DNA of 64,000 nt from Polyangiaceae bacterium (GCA_965222375.1 CBDCTZ010000015.1:1248001-1312000), one strand, 5' to 3'. Positions 28,755 to 38,965 are shown, numbered from the stretch's first letter. Translations and numbers: made by a program. The notes: generated by a model not told the origin, from the sequence alone.

Positions 28755-29516
28755 TAGGGACACGAGTTCGAGCCGTTCGGTTTGGTGCAGGGTCGGCCCC
28801 GATTGGGAATCACGTCGGGACAACCAAAGACAGGCCCCGCGCACTCCCACTGCTCCTGCCCGGGCGAACAGGCGGAGCAGGTGCAGTGGCACAAGTTCTT
28901 CGGGTCCGGCTGGGAGCGGACCGTACCGCTGGGTACGCCGGCGTCTATACCGGTACATGATTTCCCAATCACCGGAATGACAGATAGGTTCTTGCACGGC
29001 ACGACAGGCGGGCATGTCGGTGTCTTCGTGGTCCAGCCGCTGTCCCCACAAGTGTAGCTCGCTCGACAATCGGCATTTGGATGCGCGCCGTAGGTGCAGA
29101 CCAACCCCTTGTCGCAAGCAGAGGCGAGGGGGGGCGGACTGCTCGGGCACTTGGTCACAACACCGGCGTCGTCGCCCGCGTCGGTGCCACCACCATCGTC
29201 GCTCGCGTCGGTGCCACCACCATCGGAACCTCCGCCAGCGTCTGCCCCGGCTGTGCCAGCATTGGCACCGCCAGTCGCCGCAACGCCACCCGAACCTCCG
29301 GTAGTGACGCCGCCCGCACCTCCTGTAGGCGCAGCACCCACCCCACCCGTGTTCCCGCCACCTGTAGCGCCGGTGCCCCCAGAACCACCACTGACCGATG
29401 CGTCACCGGCTACCCCAGCGCCACCGCCAGCCCCAGGGTTTCGCGGAAAACTCACTTCCCCCGCAGCCCACAAGCAACCAGGCGACGGCAAGAAAGGAGC
29501 AGGCACGAATAGTCAT
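28598..29516 (-). pseudogene. Gly/Cys-rich lipoprotein gene, frameshifted after the signal peptide and 3' truncated
   Basis: MTIRACSFLAVAWLLVGC from ATG 29516 is out of frame with the Gly-rich/Cys-rich body (one extra base around GCGAAACCC, near 29440). The tail runs antisense into the TolQ-like gene. Confidence 0.7.
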
Positions 29517-29654
29517 GCGCTCAGTGTTACGCGCTTGAGTCCAAATTGCCTCCCCGCCAAGCGAGAAAGGCAGCGACCGAGAGCTCATTCGACGCACTGC
29601 GCACCGTTGACTACATTCGACTCCGCTGCGACTAGTGCCCCATACTGCCGGAGC

Positions 29655-31058
29655 GTGCAGGAGCGGCCCGACGTCAGCATCGAGATCAGCGCCAAGGTCG
29701 ATCTCCTAAACGGACCCGTGGGGCCGATTTTGATCCGCCTTGCGATCCCGATGGCTTTCGGGATCGCGGCGATCATGTTGTTCCAGATCGTCGACACGTT
29801 TTGGGTCGGTCAGCTCGGGGCCCGCGAACTGGCCGCCATGAGCTTCACCTTCCCGGTGACCTTCTTCGTGATGAGCGTCACGATGGGCATTGGGATCGGT
29901 GCCACATCAGCGATTGCCCGCGCCTTGGGCGAGGGTGACAAACGCGGGGTTCGGCGCCTGACCACTGACAGCCTGGCCCTCGCCAACATCATCGTGATCA
30001 TCGTGGCGGTGGCAGGGTTGCTCAGCATCAAGCCCGTGTTCCGCATGATGGGGGCAACGGACGACCTGCTGCCGCTGATCAGCGACTACATGTTGCCCTG
30101 GTATTGGGGGGTGGGTCTGCTGGTGATACCCATGGTGGGCAATAGCGCGATTCGTGCAACCGGAGACACCAAGACTCCCAGCCTGATCATGATCATCGCT
30201 GGCGGCGTCAACTTGGTGTTGGACCCGTTGCTGATCTTCGGAGTCGGGCCGTTTCCGCGCCTCGAGTTGAAAGGCGCCGCCTTGGCGACGGTGCTGTCTT
30301 GGGTCGTGACCTTCGTGGCGGCGCTCTGGCTGCTGGCTCGGCGCGAGCGCATGCTGAGTCCGCGCTGGCCGGGGGTCGCGGCGGTGCTCAATTCCTGGAA
30401 GCAAGTCCTCTACATCGGACTGCCCGCGGCAGCGACGAATGTGCTGGTGCCTCTCTCCACGGGAGTGCTCACGCGTTTCGTCGCCGAACATGGCAACGAT
30501 TCTGTTGCCGCCTTCGGGGTCGGCAACCGCATCGAGTCCCTGGCCATGATCGGGATTTTCGCCCTGGGCACCGCCATCACGCCCTTCGTCGGCCAGAACT
30601 TCGGTGCAGGCAAAGGCGCGCGTGTGCGTGCAGGGCTGAGCTTCGGCGTGAAAGCGTGCCTGCTTTGGGGAGTCGCGGTCGCCGTGCTCCTGGCCGCCGC
30701 TGCCTCACCCCTGGCTCGCGCCTTCAATGACGACCCCGAGGTCGTGCGGGTCGCCCGGCAGTACCTCTACATCTTGCCAGTGAGCTACGGACTGCTCGGA
30801 ATTTCCATACTGGTGAACTCCACCTTCAACGCCCTGAAGCGCCCCATGCACTCGGCCTTCATCATCGTCCTGCGCCTGTTCGTGTTCGCAGTTCCGTTTG
30901 CGTACCTCGGCACGTCCACCTTCGGCATGACGGGACTGCTCGGAGGCATGACCCTCGCCAACCTGCTGATCGGCTGCGTGGCCCTAGTCATGGCCCGCCG
31001 GATGGCCCTGACGATGGATTCGGAGCTCAGCCTGGAGACAGCCGCACCCGTGCGCTGA
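29655..31058 (+). CDS. MATE family efflux transporter
   Basis: VDTFWVGQLG, IRATGDTKTP, NLVLDPLLIFG, GAALAT, GQNFGAG; about 12 TM. Confidence 0.93.
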   Translation: MQERPDVSIEISAKVDLLNGPVGPILIRLAIPMAFGIAAIMLFQIVDTFWVGQLGARELAAMSFTFPVTFFVMSVTMGIGIGATSAIARALGEGDKRGVRRLTTDSLALANIIVIIVAVAGLLSIKPVFRMMGATDDLLPLISDYMLPWYWGVGLLVIPMVGNSAIRATGDTKTPSLIMIIAGGVNLVLDPLLIFGVGPFPRLELKGAALATVLSWVVTFVAALWLLARRERMLSPRWPGVAAVLNSWKQVLYIGLPAAATNVLVPLSTGVLTRFVAEHGNDSVAAFGVGNRIESLAMIGIFALGTAITPFVGQNFGAGKGARVRAGLSFGVKACLLWGVAVAVLLAAAASPLARAFNDDPEVVRVARQYLYILPVSYGLLGISILVNSTFNALKRPMHSAFIIVLRLFVFAVPFAYLGTSTFGMTGLLGGMTLANLLIGCVALVMARRMALTMDSELSLETAAPVR

Positions 31059-31069
31059 GCGTCGAGCTT

Positions 31070-32464
31070 TCACGACCAGACTTTGCTCAGGAAGTTCTGA
31101 ACTTCCTCGACGCCGCCTTGGAACACCAGGTAGCCGTCCGGCGGCTCGCGATCCGTCATGTCGTCGGACATGGGGGTCGTCATGGTGACACGCACCTGGT
31201 CGGGGTCGTCGGGGAAGGCGCCCAAGGCCCAACCCAACTTGATGTAGGCCACCTCGGGCAGCATGTTGGCGAGGGGCACGACGCCGAGTTGCTGAATTTC
31301 GCGACCGGTGTCGTAGACGTTCATCTGCACGAAACCCCACAGCGTCTGCAGGGTCATGTACAAGTGCACACCGGCGCGGTGAGCACGCTCCAACGCCGGG
31401 TACACCTTGCGGTTCACGTGGCCGAGGCCCGTACCGGCAATCACGATTCCCCGGTAGCCCGCTTGCACCAGAGCGTCGATCACGTCCGGCTTCATGTTCG
31501 GGTAGTAGTAGAGAATCGTGACCCGATCGTCGAAGCAGGCTCGCACTTCGACATCGCGATCCGAACGGCGCTTGCAGAACTCGCGCTTGAGGGGCTTCAG
31601 CTCTCCTTTTTGCACGATGGCCAGAGGGATGTCCGAGAGGGTGCGGAAGGTGCTGCGGTAGGAGCTGTGCATCTTGCGCACTCGCGTGCCGCGGTGCAGC
31701 AGGTTGTAGCGATCCGAGGTGGGGCCGAACATGCACACCATGACCTCGGCGATGGGGCCGTGGGCAGCCGCCCAAGTGGAGCGAATCAGATTCAGAGCGG
31801 CGTCCGAAGAAGGGCGATCGCTGGAGCGCTGGCTACCGACCATGACGATGGGAATGGGTGGGTTTTGCACCATGTAGGTCAGGGCGGCAGCGGTGTGGTG
31901 CATCGTGTCCGTACCGTGGCCAACGACCACGCCGTCGTAACCATCACGAATGGCTTGCCCGATGCGCTCCGCAAGCACCAAGTATTGCTCGGCACCCATG
32001 TTCTCGGAAAACACGCCAAAGAGCTTCTCGGTTTCGAGGTTGCACACGTCCGCTAACTCGGGCACGGAGCCGTAGAGCTCGCCGGGGCTGAAAGCCGGAA
32101 TCACTGCGCCCGTGCGATAGTCGAGGCGCGAGGCGATGGTGCCCCCGGTGCCATAGAGGATCACGCGAGGCTTGCCAGGGTCGACGGGGAACGTGCCCTC
32201 CGGGATCTTGTAGCTCGCGCGTCGAAACCCAGTCTTTTGGATCCCCACGATGGTGTCGTAGCGAACCCCGACGTTGTAACCACTGAAGAGCTTGAGCACG
32301 AGGTGGTTTTCGTCGGATGTCTCGGAGCGAGGCAGGATCAAGCCTTCGAACTTGCCGCGCTGTGTGCTCACGACGGCGTCGCACCACACCGTGACGCCGT
32401 AGCGCTTCAGCACTGAAAGCAGCGGCTCCCGATAGCCTTTGTAGGAGTCGTCTTCCTCGTTCAC
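31070..32464 (-). CDS. gatD: Glu-tRNA(Gln) amidotransferase subunit D
   Basis: GatD N-domain (FEGLILPR...VLKLFSGYNVG), TGGTIASR, HGTDTM, SQRSSDRPSSD, RKMHSSYR, GTGLGH. GTG start overlaps the gatE stop. Confidence 0.93.
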   Translation of the reverse strand: MNEEDDSYKGYREPLLSVLKRYGVTVWCDAVVSTQRGKFEGLILPRSETSDENHLVLKLFSGYNVGVRYDTIVGIQKTGFRRASYKIPEGTFPVDPGKPRVILYGTGGTIASRLDYRTGAVIPAFSPGELYGSVPELADVCNLETEKLFGVFSENMGAEQYLVLAERIGQAIRDGYDGVVVGHGTDTMHHTAAALTYMVQNPPIPIVMVGSQRSSDRPSSDAALNLIRSTWAAAHGPIAEVMVCMFGPTSDRYNLLHRGTRVRKMHSSYRSTFRTLSDIPLAIVQKGELKPLKREFCKRRSDRDVEVRACFDDRVTILYYYPNMKPDVIDALVQAGYRGIVIAGTGLGHVNRKVYPALERAHRAGVHLYMTLQTLWGFVQMNVYDTGREIQQLGVVPLANMLPEVAYIKLGWALGAFPDDPDQVRVTMTTPMSDDMTDREPPDGYLVFQGGVEEVQNFLSKVWS

Positions 32465-34533
32465 GACGCCGCTCCTCCGGGTTTCGTCTGGGCCAGCTTC
32501 ACCGCCAGTGCCTCCCGAGCAACGCGGGGGTCGACCATGCCGCGCACAGGCGCAAGCAATCGCCCCATGCCCCAACGCAGCAGCGCGTCAGGATCCCGCG
32601 TCCATGCATCCGCGCGCGCCAGTGCGACTTCCGCAACCCGGGCGTCGAGGTCCTTGGCCGCGTCAGGGCTGCACAACTCCCCTACAATCTTGTCCGCCGA
32701 CACCTCGAGCTCCGCAAGCAGCCGCAAGATCCCGGTTTCGAGCGCGAAAGGCGGCAACGCGCGCGACGCCAGTGCCGAGACCAGCGGTCGCAAGCGCTCT
32801 GCATCCAGCGACGCTCGGGGCCGCCGCCCCAACACGCGCGGCAGGGTTCGCTCCAAGGCCCGCTCCAACTGCACCGCAACCGACTTGTCCACCCCCTGCA
32901 CCAGCTCATCGAATAGGCCCGCCCAGGGTGCCCGGGAGAGGCGCCGGGCATTGCGCGGTAGAACCCCCAGCTCTATGTAGCGATCTTCCCGCTCCCAGGG
33001 CCGCTCTTCCGGGCTCCCTTCGATCTCCTGCACCCAAGCGTCGGGGATCGGAACCGGTGGCGTATCCGTGTCGGGATACATGCGCTCCGCCCCAGGCAAG
33101 ATGCGTTCGAACCCGCTGGTGCCATCTGGGAAGGGCTGTCGGGTCTCCGACGGCACTCCATCCAGGGCGTCTCTGGCGCGAATCAGAATCTCGCGAATCG
33201 CCGTATCCACGTCGAACTCAGGCCCCCAAACCACGACGATACCGTCCTCGGGATCTGCGCTCAGGGCGCTGCGAAGATGCCGCCAATCCCCGGCGCCCAG
33301 ACCGTAGTCGGACACGCTGGAGCTGATCATGAAGGGACGCGCTTCCAGACACGCGATGACCTGAACGCGATCCGCCAGCTCCCGGGCGAAAGTGATGCCG
33401 GGCTGGGTCGCGTGCACCAGCAGGCGGCCGAATCTGGGCAGGCGCACGGCGCCGATCATGTGCTTTTGCTCCTGGGCATCACGCACTGGCGGGTAGTCGC
33501 TCTTGCGCAGCACGGATCGCGCGTCGATGGCGAGCTTCGACTCCCAAGCCTGGGTGACGTCCCCGAGGCTCAGCATGTCCCGGGTAACGCCGCGCTGTTG
33601 CAGCTCGCTGCGAATACGTAGGAGGTTCAGCTGCCGAAAGGCTTCGTTGTGCACGAGCCGCGGCAGCACTCGATGGTTCGGCACGCCCTTGAGTTCCACG
33701 CGCCGGCCACCCGCAACGCTCACGTTCACGTCCTGGCGCGCCGCCCCGGCACCGCGACAAACCCGACCCGAGGCGCGCGCCACGTCGGCCAGCAGCCGCC
33801 CCCCAGCACGCACGTCCAGGGGCGTGAGCAAGTCGGGCTCCGTCACGGTCTCGATCAACGGTGTGCCCAGGCGGTCGGTTCGAAACGTGATGCGATGTCC
33901 GATGTCGGAGACCTCGCGGCACGAGTCCTCCTCCAGGGTGAGCTGACGAATGCGCAGCTCCCGATCCGCGCCCAACTCGCTCTGGCGAAAGGGGATCACG
34001 GCGTCCGTGCCGACCATCGCCGTACGCTGGAATCCGGTGGGGATCGAACCGTCGAGGTACTGCTTGCGCATCACCTGCAGCTCGTTCACCAGGTTCAGTC
34101 CCAGCAGGGAGCCTACCTCCAGGGCGATTTTGATGGCCTCTTCGTCAATCTCGAAGGGCGGCGTGTCGTCCATTTCGTAGGTGCACACACTGCCGCGCTC
34201 GAGCAGGTACACGATCTCCTTCTGGGTCTTGAACTCCATCAGGGCGCAACCGTCGTATTCACCCATCTCGCTGAGGGTGGGACGCATGTGGCGAAGCACC
34301 TCGGTGTCCACCCGGGTGACGCGCTGCCCGGCCGGGCAGCGGCAGAACAACTTGCGGCGCGTCGCGAGCTGCTGATGCACCTCGAGGCCGCACATGAAAC
34401 CGAGCTCGGAATAGTCCGCCGGTGACAGCTCGCCGAACTCGCGATCCGGAAAGTCCAGCGCTGGGTCCGAACGCGGATTCAGGTCGTGCGGCGAAGGCGG
34501 CGGCGACGTTGCTGTGAACCTGCGGCTTGGCAC
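32461..34533 (-). CDS. gatE: Glu-tRNA(Gln) amidotransferase subunit E
   Basis: GLEVHQQL...KLFCRCP, MRKQYLDGSIPTGFQRT, LEEDSCR, DRLGTPLIE, RQDVNVS, AspRS-like insertion, GVPSETR, PGAERMYPDTD. Confidence 0.93.
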   Translation of the reverse strand: MPSRRFTATSPPPSPHDLNPRSDPALDFPDREFGELSPADYSELGFMCGLEVHQQLATRRKLFCRCPAGQRVTRVDTEVLRHMRPTLSEMGEYDGCALMEFKTQKEIVYLLERGSVCTYEMDDTPPFEIDEEAIKIALEVGSLLGLNLVNELQVMRKQYLDGSIPTGFQRTAMVGTDAVIPFRQSELGADRELRIRQLTLEEDSCREVSDIGHRITFRTDRLGTPLIETVTEPDLLTPLDVRAGGRLLADVARASGRVCRGAGAARQDVNVSVAGGRRVELKGVPNHRVLPRLVHNEAFRQLNLLRIRSELQQRGVTRDMLSLGDVTQAWESKLAIDARSVLRKSDYPPVRDAQEQKHMIGAVRLPRFGRLLVHATQPGITFARELADRVQVIACLEARPFMISSSVSDYGLGAGDWRHLRSALSADPEDGIVVVWGPEFDVDTAIREILIRARDALDGVPSETRQPFPDGTSGFERILPGAERMYPDTDTPPVPIPDAWVQEIEGSPEERPWEREDRYIELGVLPRNARRLSRAPWAGLFDELVQGVDKSVAVQLERALERTLPRVLGRRPRASLDAERLRPLVSALASRALPPFALETGILRLLAELEVSADKIVGELCSPDAAKDLDARVAEVALARADAWTRDPDALLRWGMGRLLAPVRGMVDPRVAREALAVKLAQTKPGGAAS

Positions 34534-34651
34534 GGGGCCGGGACCATACTTCCGTCGCGCCAGGCGAGTCGAGCATGACCGACCCGGAGCGCGCGTTTTA
34601 GGGACGCAGGCCGAGTGGAGAATAGAAAGGCGCCGCCAAGCCGCGCGATGT

Positions 34652-35824
34652 CTACTTGGCCGCTTTCACGTCCGCGACATAGCCCTGATCGTCGGCGTCC
34701 CGGGGGAACGCGCCGGCTTCGGCCAGCACGGCATCAAAGGCGGCCTGTGCAGACATCTCCGTGACCGGTGGAGCCGAGATCCGCGTCGAACGCGTGCCCG
34801 TGTCATCGGACGCAGTGGGAATCACATTGCCCTCGGAATAGACGTCAGCACCACTCGCAGCGTCGATGACCACGGCGTCCGCCACGTCGCTGCCAGTTCC
34901 GGCAAGGTAGTAGTTCTTGACGAGATTGACGCTCGAGTTGTTGCGAATGCGGGTGCCGTAGTTTTTTCCCCAATCGAAGATCACGTTGTTGACCATGTCG
35001 ACGTTCGTCGCGGAGTCGAGTTGGGGGTTTCGCTCTGCCCCGTGCACGTAGAGGTTGTGATGCACCGAGATGTTGTTGACGGTGTAGGAGATCAGCTGGT
35101 TTTTCACGGTTTCCGCGATGATGCACCACTGCGCCGTGACGTCGTGCACGTCTGAGGTGATGTCGAAGGCGCCATCGGCCCCGCGGCGAAAGGAACAGTG
35201 GTCTACGACGATGTTGTAGGAGCCACCGTAGAGGCGAAATGTATCCCCAGTATTCGTGTCCGTCGCATCACTGAAGCGCATATGCCGCACGATGATGTCG
35301 TGGGACATGCCCGTGATGATGAACAGCGCGTTGGCGACGCCGCTACTGCCGGCCGTCACGGTGATGCCCGGGGCTGGCGCCGTAGAGCCGTCGATGGTGA
35401 TGTGGTCCAGCCCGTCGATCTTGATCGGGCTCGCCAGCTCGATCTTGCCGCCCACGGAGAACGTGACGTTGCGCTTGGATTGCGAAACGCAATCCCGCAG
35501 CGTGCCTGGGCCACTATCGCCCAGCGACGATACGTCGCAACCTGGCTGACCGCTGCCTCCTTTGGTGCTCGCGCCGAATCCCTCCAGGGGCCGCGCACCG
35601 GGAGTGCCGGCGCTTCCGGCGCTGCCTCCGCTCGCGCCGGCACCCGATGAGCCGCCCGTGCCCGTGCTGCCCGCCGCGTTTCCCGCGCCACCGCTGCCGC
35701 CGCTGGCACCGGAAGAACCTCCGGAACCACCCGTCCCCGCAGAGCTGTCCGAATCATCATCGGAGCCGCACGCCATGAGCGCTAGCGCCGCAACCCCTGC
35801 TGCCAGGTTTCGTGAAAGACGCAC
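34652..35824 (-). CDS. Pectate lyase (PL1-like) lipoprotein
   Basis: Lipobox LMAC; EGFGASTKGG, DSGPGTLRD, VVDHCSF, RNPQ, VNNVIFDW. Confidence 0.88.
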   Translation of the reverse strand: MRLSRNLAAGVAALALMACGSDDDSDSSAGTGGSGGSSGASGGSGGAGNAAGSTGTGGSSGAGASGGSAGSAGTPGARPLEGFGASTKGGSGQPGCDVSSLGDSGPGTLRDCVSQSKRNVTFSVGGKIELASPIKIDGLDHITIDGSTAPAPGITVTAGSSGVANALFIITGMSHDIIVRHMRFSDATDTNTGDTFRLYGGSYNIVVDHCSFRRGADGAFDITSDVHDVTAQWCIIAETVKNQLISYTVNNISVHHNLYVHGAERNPQLDSATNVDMVNNVIFDWGKNYGTRIRNNSSVNLVKNYYLAGTGSDVADAVVIDAASGADVYSEGNVIPTASDDTGTRSTRISAPPVTEMSAQAAFDAVLAEAGAFPRDADDQGYVADVKAAK

Positions 35825-35995
35825 GAAGTCAGCGTATCACGCGCCCACCCCGCAAGTCATGGCCCCGCACGGGAGTAGTGGCTCCCTCGCTGTTCTCGGC
35901 CGCCTCATTGCCCCGACCCCAACCCAACCAACGCCCGGCGCGCTTGACCTCCGCGCGGTCTCGCCAAAGCCGAGGCATTCGAGGATACTGCGTGC

Positions 35996-36316
35996 ATGCC
36001 CGCCCACTCGAATGCTCTCACGGTCCGTCTCGATGCCCGCGAAACGGCGATGCTGCGTCAGCTCACCAAGGCCTATGGTGGGACGAAGACCGACGTGATG
36101 CGGGAGCTGATTCGCGATGCCTACGAGAACAAGCTCCCACGCCTCACCGCGCAGGCTGGCTTTGGCTTCACGTTCCTGACGCCGCAACCTGGCGCCCGTC
36201 GCGCGATCCCCAGCCAACCGCCGCGCAACCCGAAAGCCAAGGCGCAGCGTAAGCCGCCACCCAAACCGCGGCGCAAGCCGCCACCCAAGCCACCCCGCGG
36301 GCGACCGAAGAAGTGA
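35996..36316 (+). CDS. Ribbon-helix-helix (CopG-like) DNA-binding protein with basic Pro-rich tail
   Basis: LTVRLDARETAML...TKTDVMRELIR; tail ends PRGRPKK. Confidence 0.7.
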   Translation: MPAHSNALTVRLDARETAMLRQLTKAYGGTKTDVMRELIRDAYENKLPRLTAQAGFGFTFLTPQPGARRAIPSQPPRNPKAKAQRKPPPKPRRKPPPKPPRGRPKK

Positions 36317-36347
36317 CGCGGGCCTCGGGCTCGTGCTGGGGGACGCG

Positions 36348-38093
36348 ATGAAGCTGCCACTTTGCGGTTTGGCCGTAGCCCTCGTCGCGTTCGTTTTGCT
36401 CGGCTGCGGTCCCAAGAACGGCGCGCGCAGCCTTGGCAGCAAACCCTTGCCAACACCCAGAGAAGTCGCTCGCCAGGTCGCGCGACTCCGGGGGCTGCCG
36501 GATCGGCGCCCAGCGCCCATAGAGTTCGTCGACGAATCACGCTTCTTGCGTGAGCTGGAGCTGCCCGCGGCGCAGCCATCCCGAAAGTCGGCTTTCACCG
36601 CCAAGTCCGTGGGCCTGCGCGAAGTACTGGGCGAACAGATCGTCGGATATTACGACAAGCGCTCACACCGGATTCGAATTCGCGCGGGGCGCAAGTGGGA
36701 CGACGACATGGTCAACGTCCTGGCCCATGAGCTCACCCACTCGCTCCAGGCACAGCACCTCCCGCTGCCGAAGACCCCGGCCACCAATCTAGACGAGCAT
36801 CTGGCGCGCAAGTCCTTGATCGAAGGCGATGCGATGCTCGTCATGCTCGCTTACGCTTCGCTGCGTCAACGCGTGCCGCTCAAGCGCGCCTTGGCACGGG
36901 CCGCCATCATGGTCTCGGACATCGGCTTCGAGCGCTACCTTCGCGCCAGCGGCGGCAACGACGTGCTGGCCTCGGCGCCACCCGCGGTACGTCAACGGGT
37001 CACGTTTCCTTATGCGGGTGGCCTGACCTTCGTCGGAGATCTCTGGCGAACCGGCGGCTTCGGCTTGGTCAATCGCGTGTACGACGCGCCGCCAACCAGC
37101 ACCGAACACGTGCTGCACCCGGAAAAGTACCTCGCCGGGGAAGGTGTCGTACCCGTCAAGACACCGCCGGCGCCGCCGGCAGCGCAGGAAGTCATTCAGG
37201 GGCGTCTCGGCGAGTTGGGAACTCGCGTCCTGCTGGCCGAAAGTGTGCCCCAACCTCAAGCGGCGGCAGCGGCGGCAGGCTGGGGCGGCGATGCCTTCAT
37301 CGTTTACCGGGTCGGCACCACCAACGCCATGCAGTGGGTCACGACTTGGGATAGCGAACGGGATGCCCAAGAGTTTCACCTTGCGGCGCGCAAGTATGCG
37401 GTGAGTGTCGGTGGGGATTTCTCCGAAGGTGGCCGCACGCTGCTTCGTCGCCGCGGAAAGCACGTGGTGTTTGCAGACGGCATCGCCGACCGCGAAGCAC
37501 TCAGCGAGCGTATGCTCGAACTCATCGGTACGGCGCCCCAGGCGCGACCGCCCTTCGGCAATTTGACGATCCCAAAGCTCAAGCGCCCGCCGAGGACCCG
37601 CCCACCCTACGTCACGCGCACAGGTTTGTACGTCAACGAGTACCTCGGCCTGGTTGCGCAGGCTCCGGCGGGCGTGCGCGTGAAGCTCATCTCCCCCACA
37701 AGCGCCGTGTTCACCCTCGAGGGGGAGACGACGGCCTTTGGCGGCATCGAGCTGTCCGAGCAGATCGCTGGCCGCGACACCATCGACGACGTGCACGGAA
37801 CATTCCGCGACATCGTGGCCGAGGCACTGGGCAGGTACAAACTCGAGTACACCGGTGGACGCGAGATCTATCTCGGCTCCTTGGGTCACGCCGTCGAGCG
37901 CAATTGGCGGGTCAAGGGCACTCGGGCTGGCCTCTCGGTCATCGTGTTGCCCATCTGCGGTCGCAACGGCAGCTTCGTTCTGTGGCGGTTCCACGCCGAC
38001 TATGTCGGCCGGGCCGTGTTTCACCAATGGCTGAAGAGCATTCGACCAACGGCCTGGAAGACCCCGCCGGTCTGCGCCGTGTTGGATCCCTGA
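36348..38093 (+). CDS. Zincin-like (HExxH) metallopeptidase lipoprotein
   Basis: Lipobox LLGC; GYYD, LAHELTHSLQ, LIEGDA, FPYAGG, PTSTEHVLHPEKY, GWGGD. Confidence 0.8.
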   Translation: MKLPLCGLAVALVAFVLLGCGPKNGARSLGSKPLPTPREVARQVARLRGLPDRRPAPIEFVDESRFLRELELPAAQPSRKSAFTAKSVGLREVLGEQIVGYYDKRSHRIRIRAGRKWDDDMVNVLAHELTHSLQAQHLPLPKTPATNLDEHLARKSLIEGDAMLVMLAYASLRQRVPLKRALARAAIMVSDIGFERYLRASGGNDVLASAPPAVRQRVTFPYAGGLTFVGDLWRTGGFGLVNRVYDAPPTSTEHVLHPEKYLAGEGVVPVKTPPAPPAAQEVIQGRLGELGTRVLLAESVPQPQAAAAAAGWGGDAFIVYRVGTTNAMQWVTTWDSERDAQEFHLAARKYAVSVGGDFSEGGRTLLRRRGKHVVFADGIADREALSERMLELIGTAPQARPPFGNLTIPKLKRPPRTRPPYVTRTGLYVNEYLGLVAQAPAGVRVKLISPTSAVFTLEGETTAFGGIELSEQIAGRDTIDDVHGTFRDIVAEALGRYKLEYTGGREIYLGSLGHAVERNWRVKGTRAGLSVIVLPICGRNGSFVLWRFHADYVGRAVFHQWLKSIRPTAWKTPPVCAVLDP

Positions 38094-38197
38094 GCTACGG
38101 CCAAAGGCAAGGCCTCGGGCCACGGCGCAAAGCTGTACGCTTTCCTATTCCGTTCGCGCTGCGCCTGAAGCTACGCCAAAGGATGCGCCGCTCCCGG

Positions 38198-38812
38198 TCA
38201 GCTCTTGGGAGTGCAGATATTGTCGACGATGCTGCACTTGCCGCCTTTGCACTTGTCGAGCTTGTCGCAGTCCTCAGCCGTTGCTGTGCAGCTGCCGTCG
38301 ACGATCTGACACTGCCCGTACTCGGTGCACTGGGACTTACATCGCTCTTCGGGCTTCACCGACTTGAGCATGATGCAGAGCGACACGTCACGGGATAGAT
38401 CTTTGCAGCCTTTGGTTCGGATCTTCGCGCCCGCCTTACAGCGAAGCTCGTCACCATCGACGCAGCTGGTGAACTTGCCCAGTTTGATCGGGCAGAAGTC
38501 CGCCACGCCGCCGAAAGCCGTGTTGCAGTTCTTGGCGCAGGCTTCGACTTCGATCTTGTCGCAGATCTTGCGATTGCGTTCGCATGAAGACTTGCACCAC
38601 GCCGCCATGTCCGCGGGGGGCTTCGGCGCGGGAGGTTCCGGCGGTGCGGCATCCACGGGCTCGGCGGGAGTGGGCTCAGCGGCCGCCGGGGCCGCGGGTG
38701 GCGGCTGTGCCGGCGCGGCAGTGGGCGTCCCGGGATTGGTGGCTGCGGGCGGAGTCGCGGGCGAGCACGCGAACGACAGGAGCAAGCCACAGAGCAAAAA
38801 ATAGCGTGACAC
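38198..38812 (-). CDS. Cys-rich lipoprotein
   Basis: Lipobox SFAC, Pro/Ala linker, Cys-rich C-domain. Confidence 0.75.
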   Translation of the reverse strand: MSRYFLLCGLLLSFACSPATPPAATNPGTPTAAPAQPPPAAPAAAEPTPAEPVDAAPPEPPAPKPPADMAAWCKSSCERNRKICDKIEVEACAKNCNTAFGGVADFCPIKLGKFTSCVDGDELRCKAGAKIRTKGCKDLSRDVSLCIMLKSVKPEERCKSQCTEYGQCQIVDGSCTATAEDCDKLDKCKGGKCSIVDNICTPKS

Positions 38813-38917
38813 GCTGCCACGCTAGCCGAGGGGCGTGGCCGCGTACAAGCATCTCCACACGACTACCTCTCTCCGCACTCGCGGGTCATCGGGTGCCGGC
38901 CGCCCTCAACGGATTGG

Positions 38918-38965
38918 GTTTGTTTGGGGTCGCGTATCTTTTTCACATTGGGCCACTACTCTCGA
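38918..38965 (-). promoter_or_regulatory. Bipartite upstream motif, copy 1
   Basis: GTTTGTTTGGGGTCGC-N14-TTGG-N4-CTACTCTCGA; recurs at 57739-57788. Confidence 0.55.

Noticed and set aside
29094..29654. Pro-rich N-terminal extension of the MATE protein
   Set aside because: Antisense of the Gly-rich lipoprotein pseudogene; GTG 29655 is the more plausible start.
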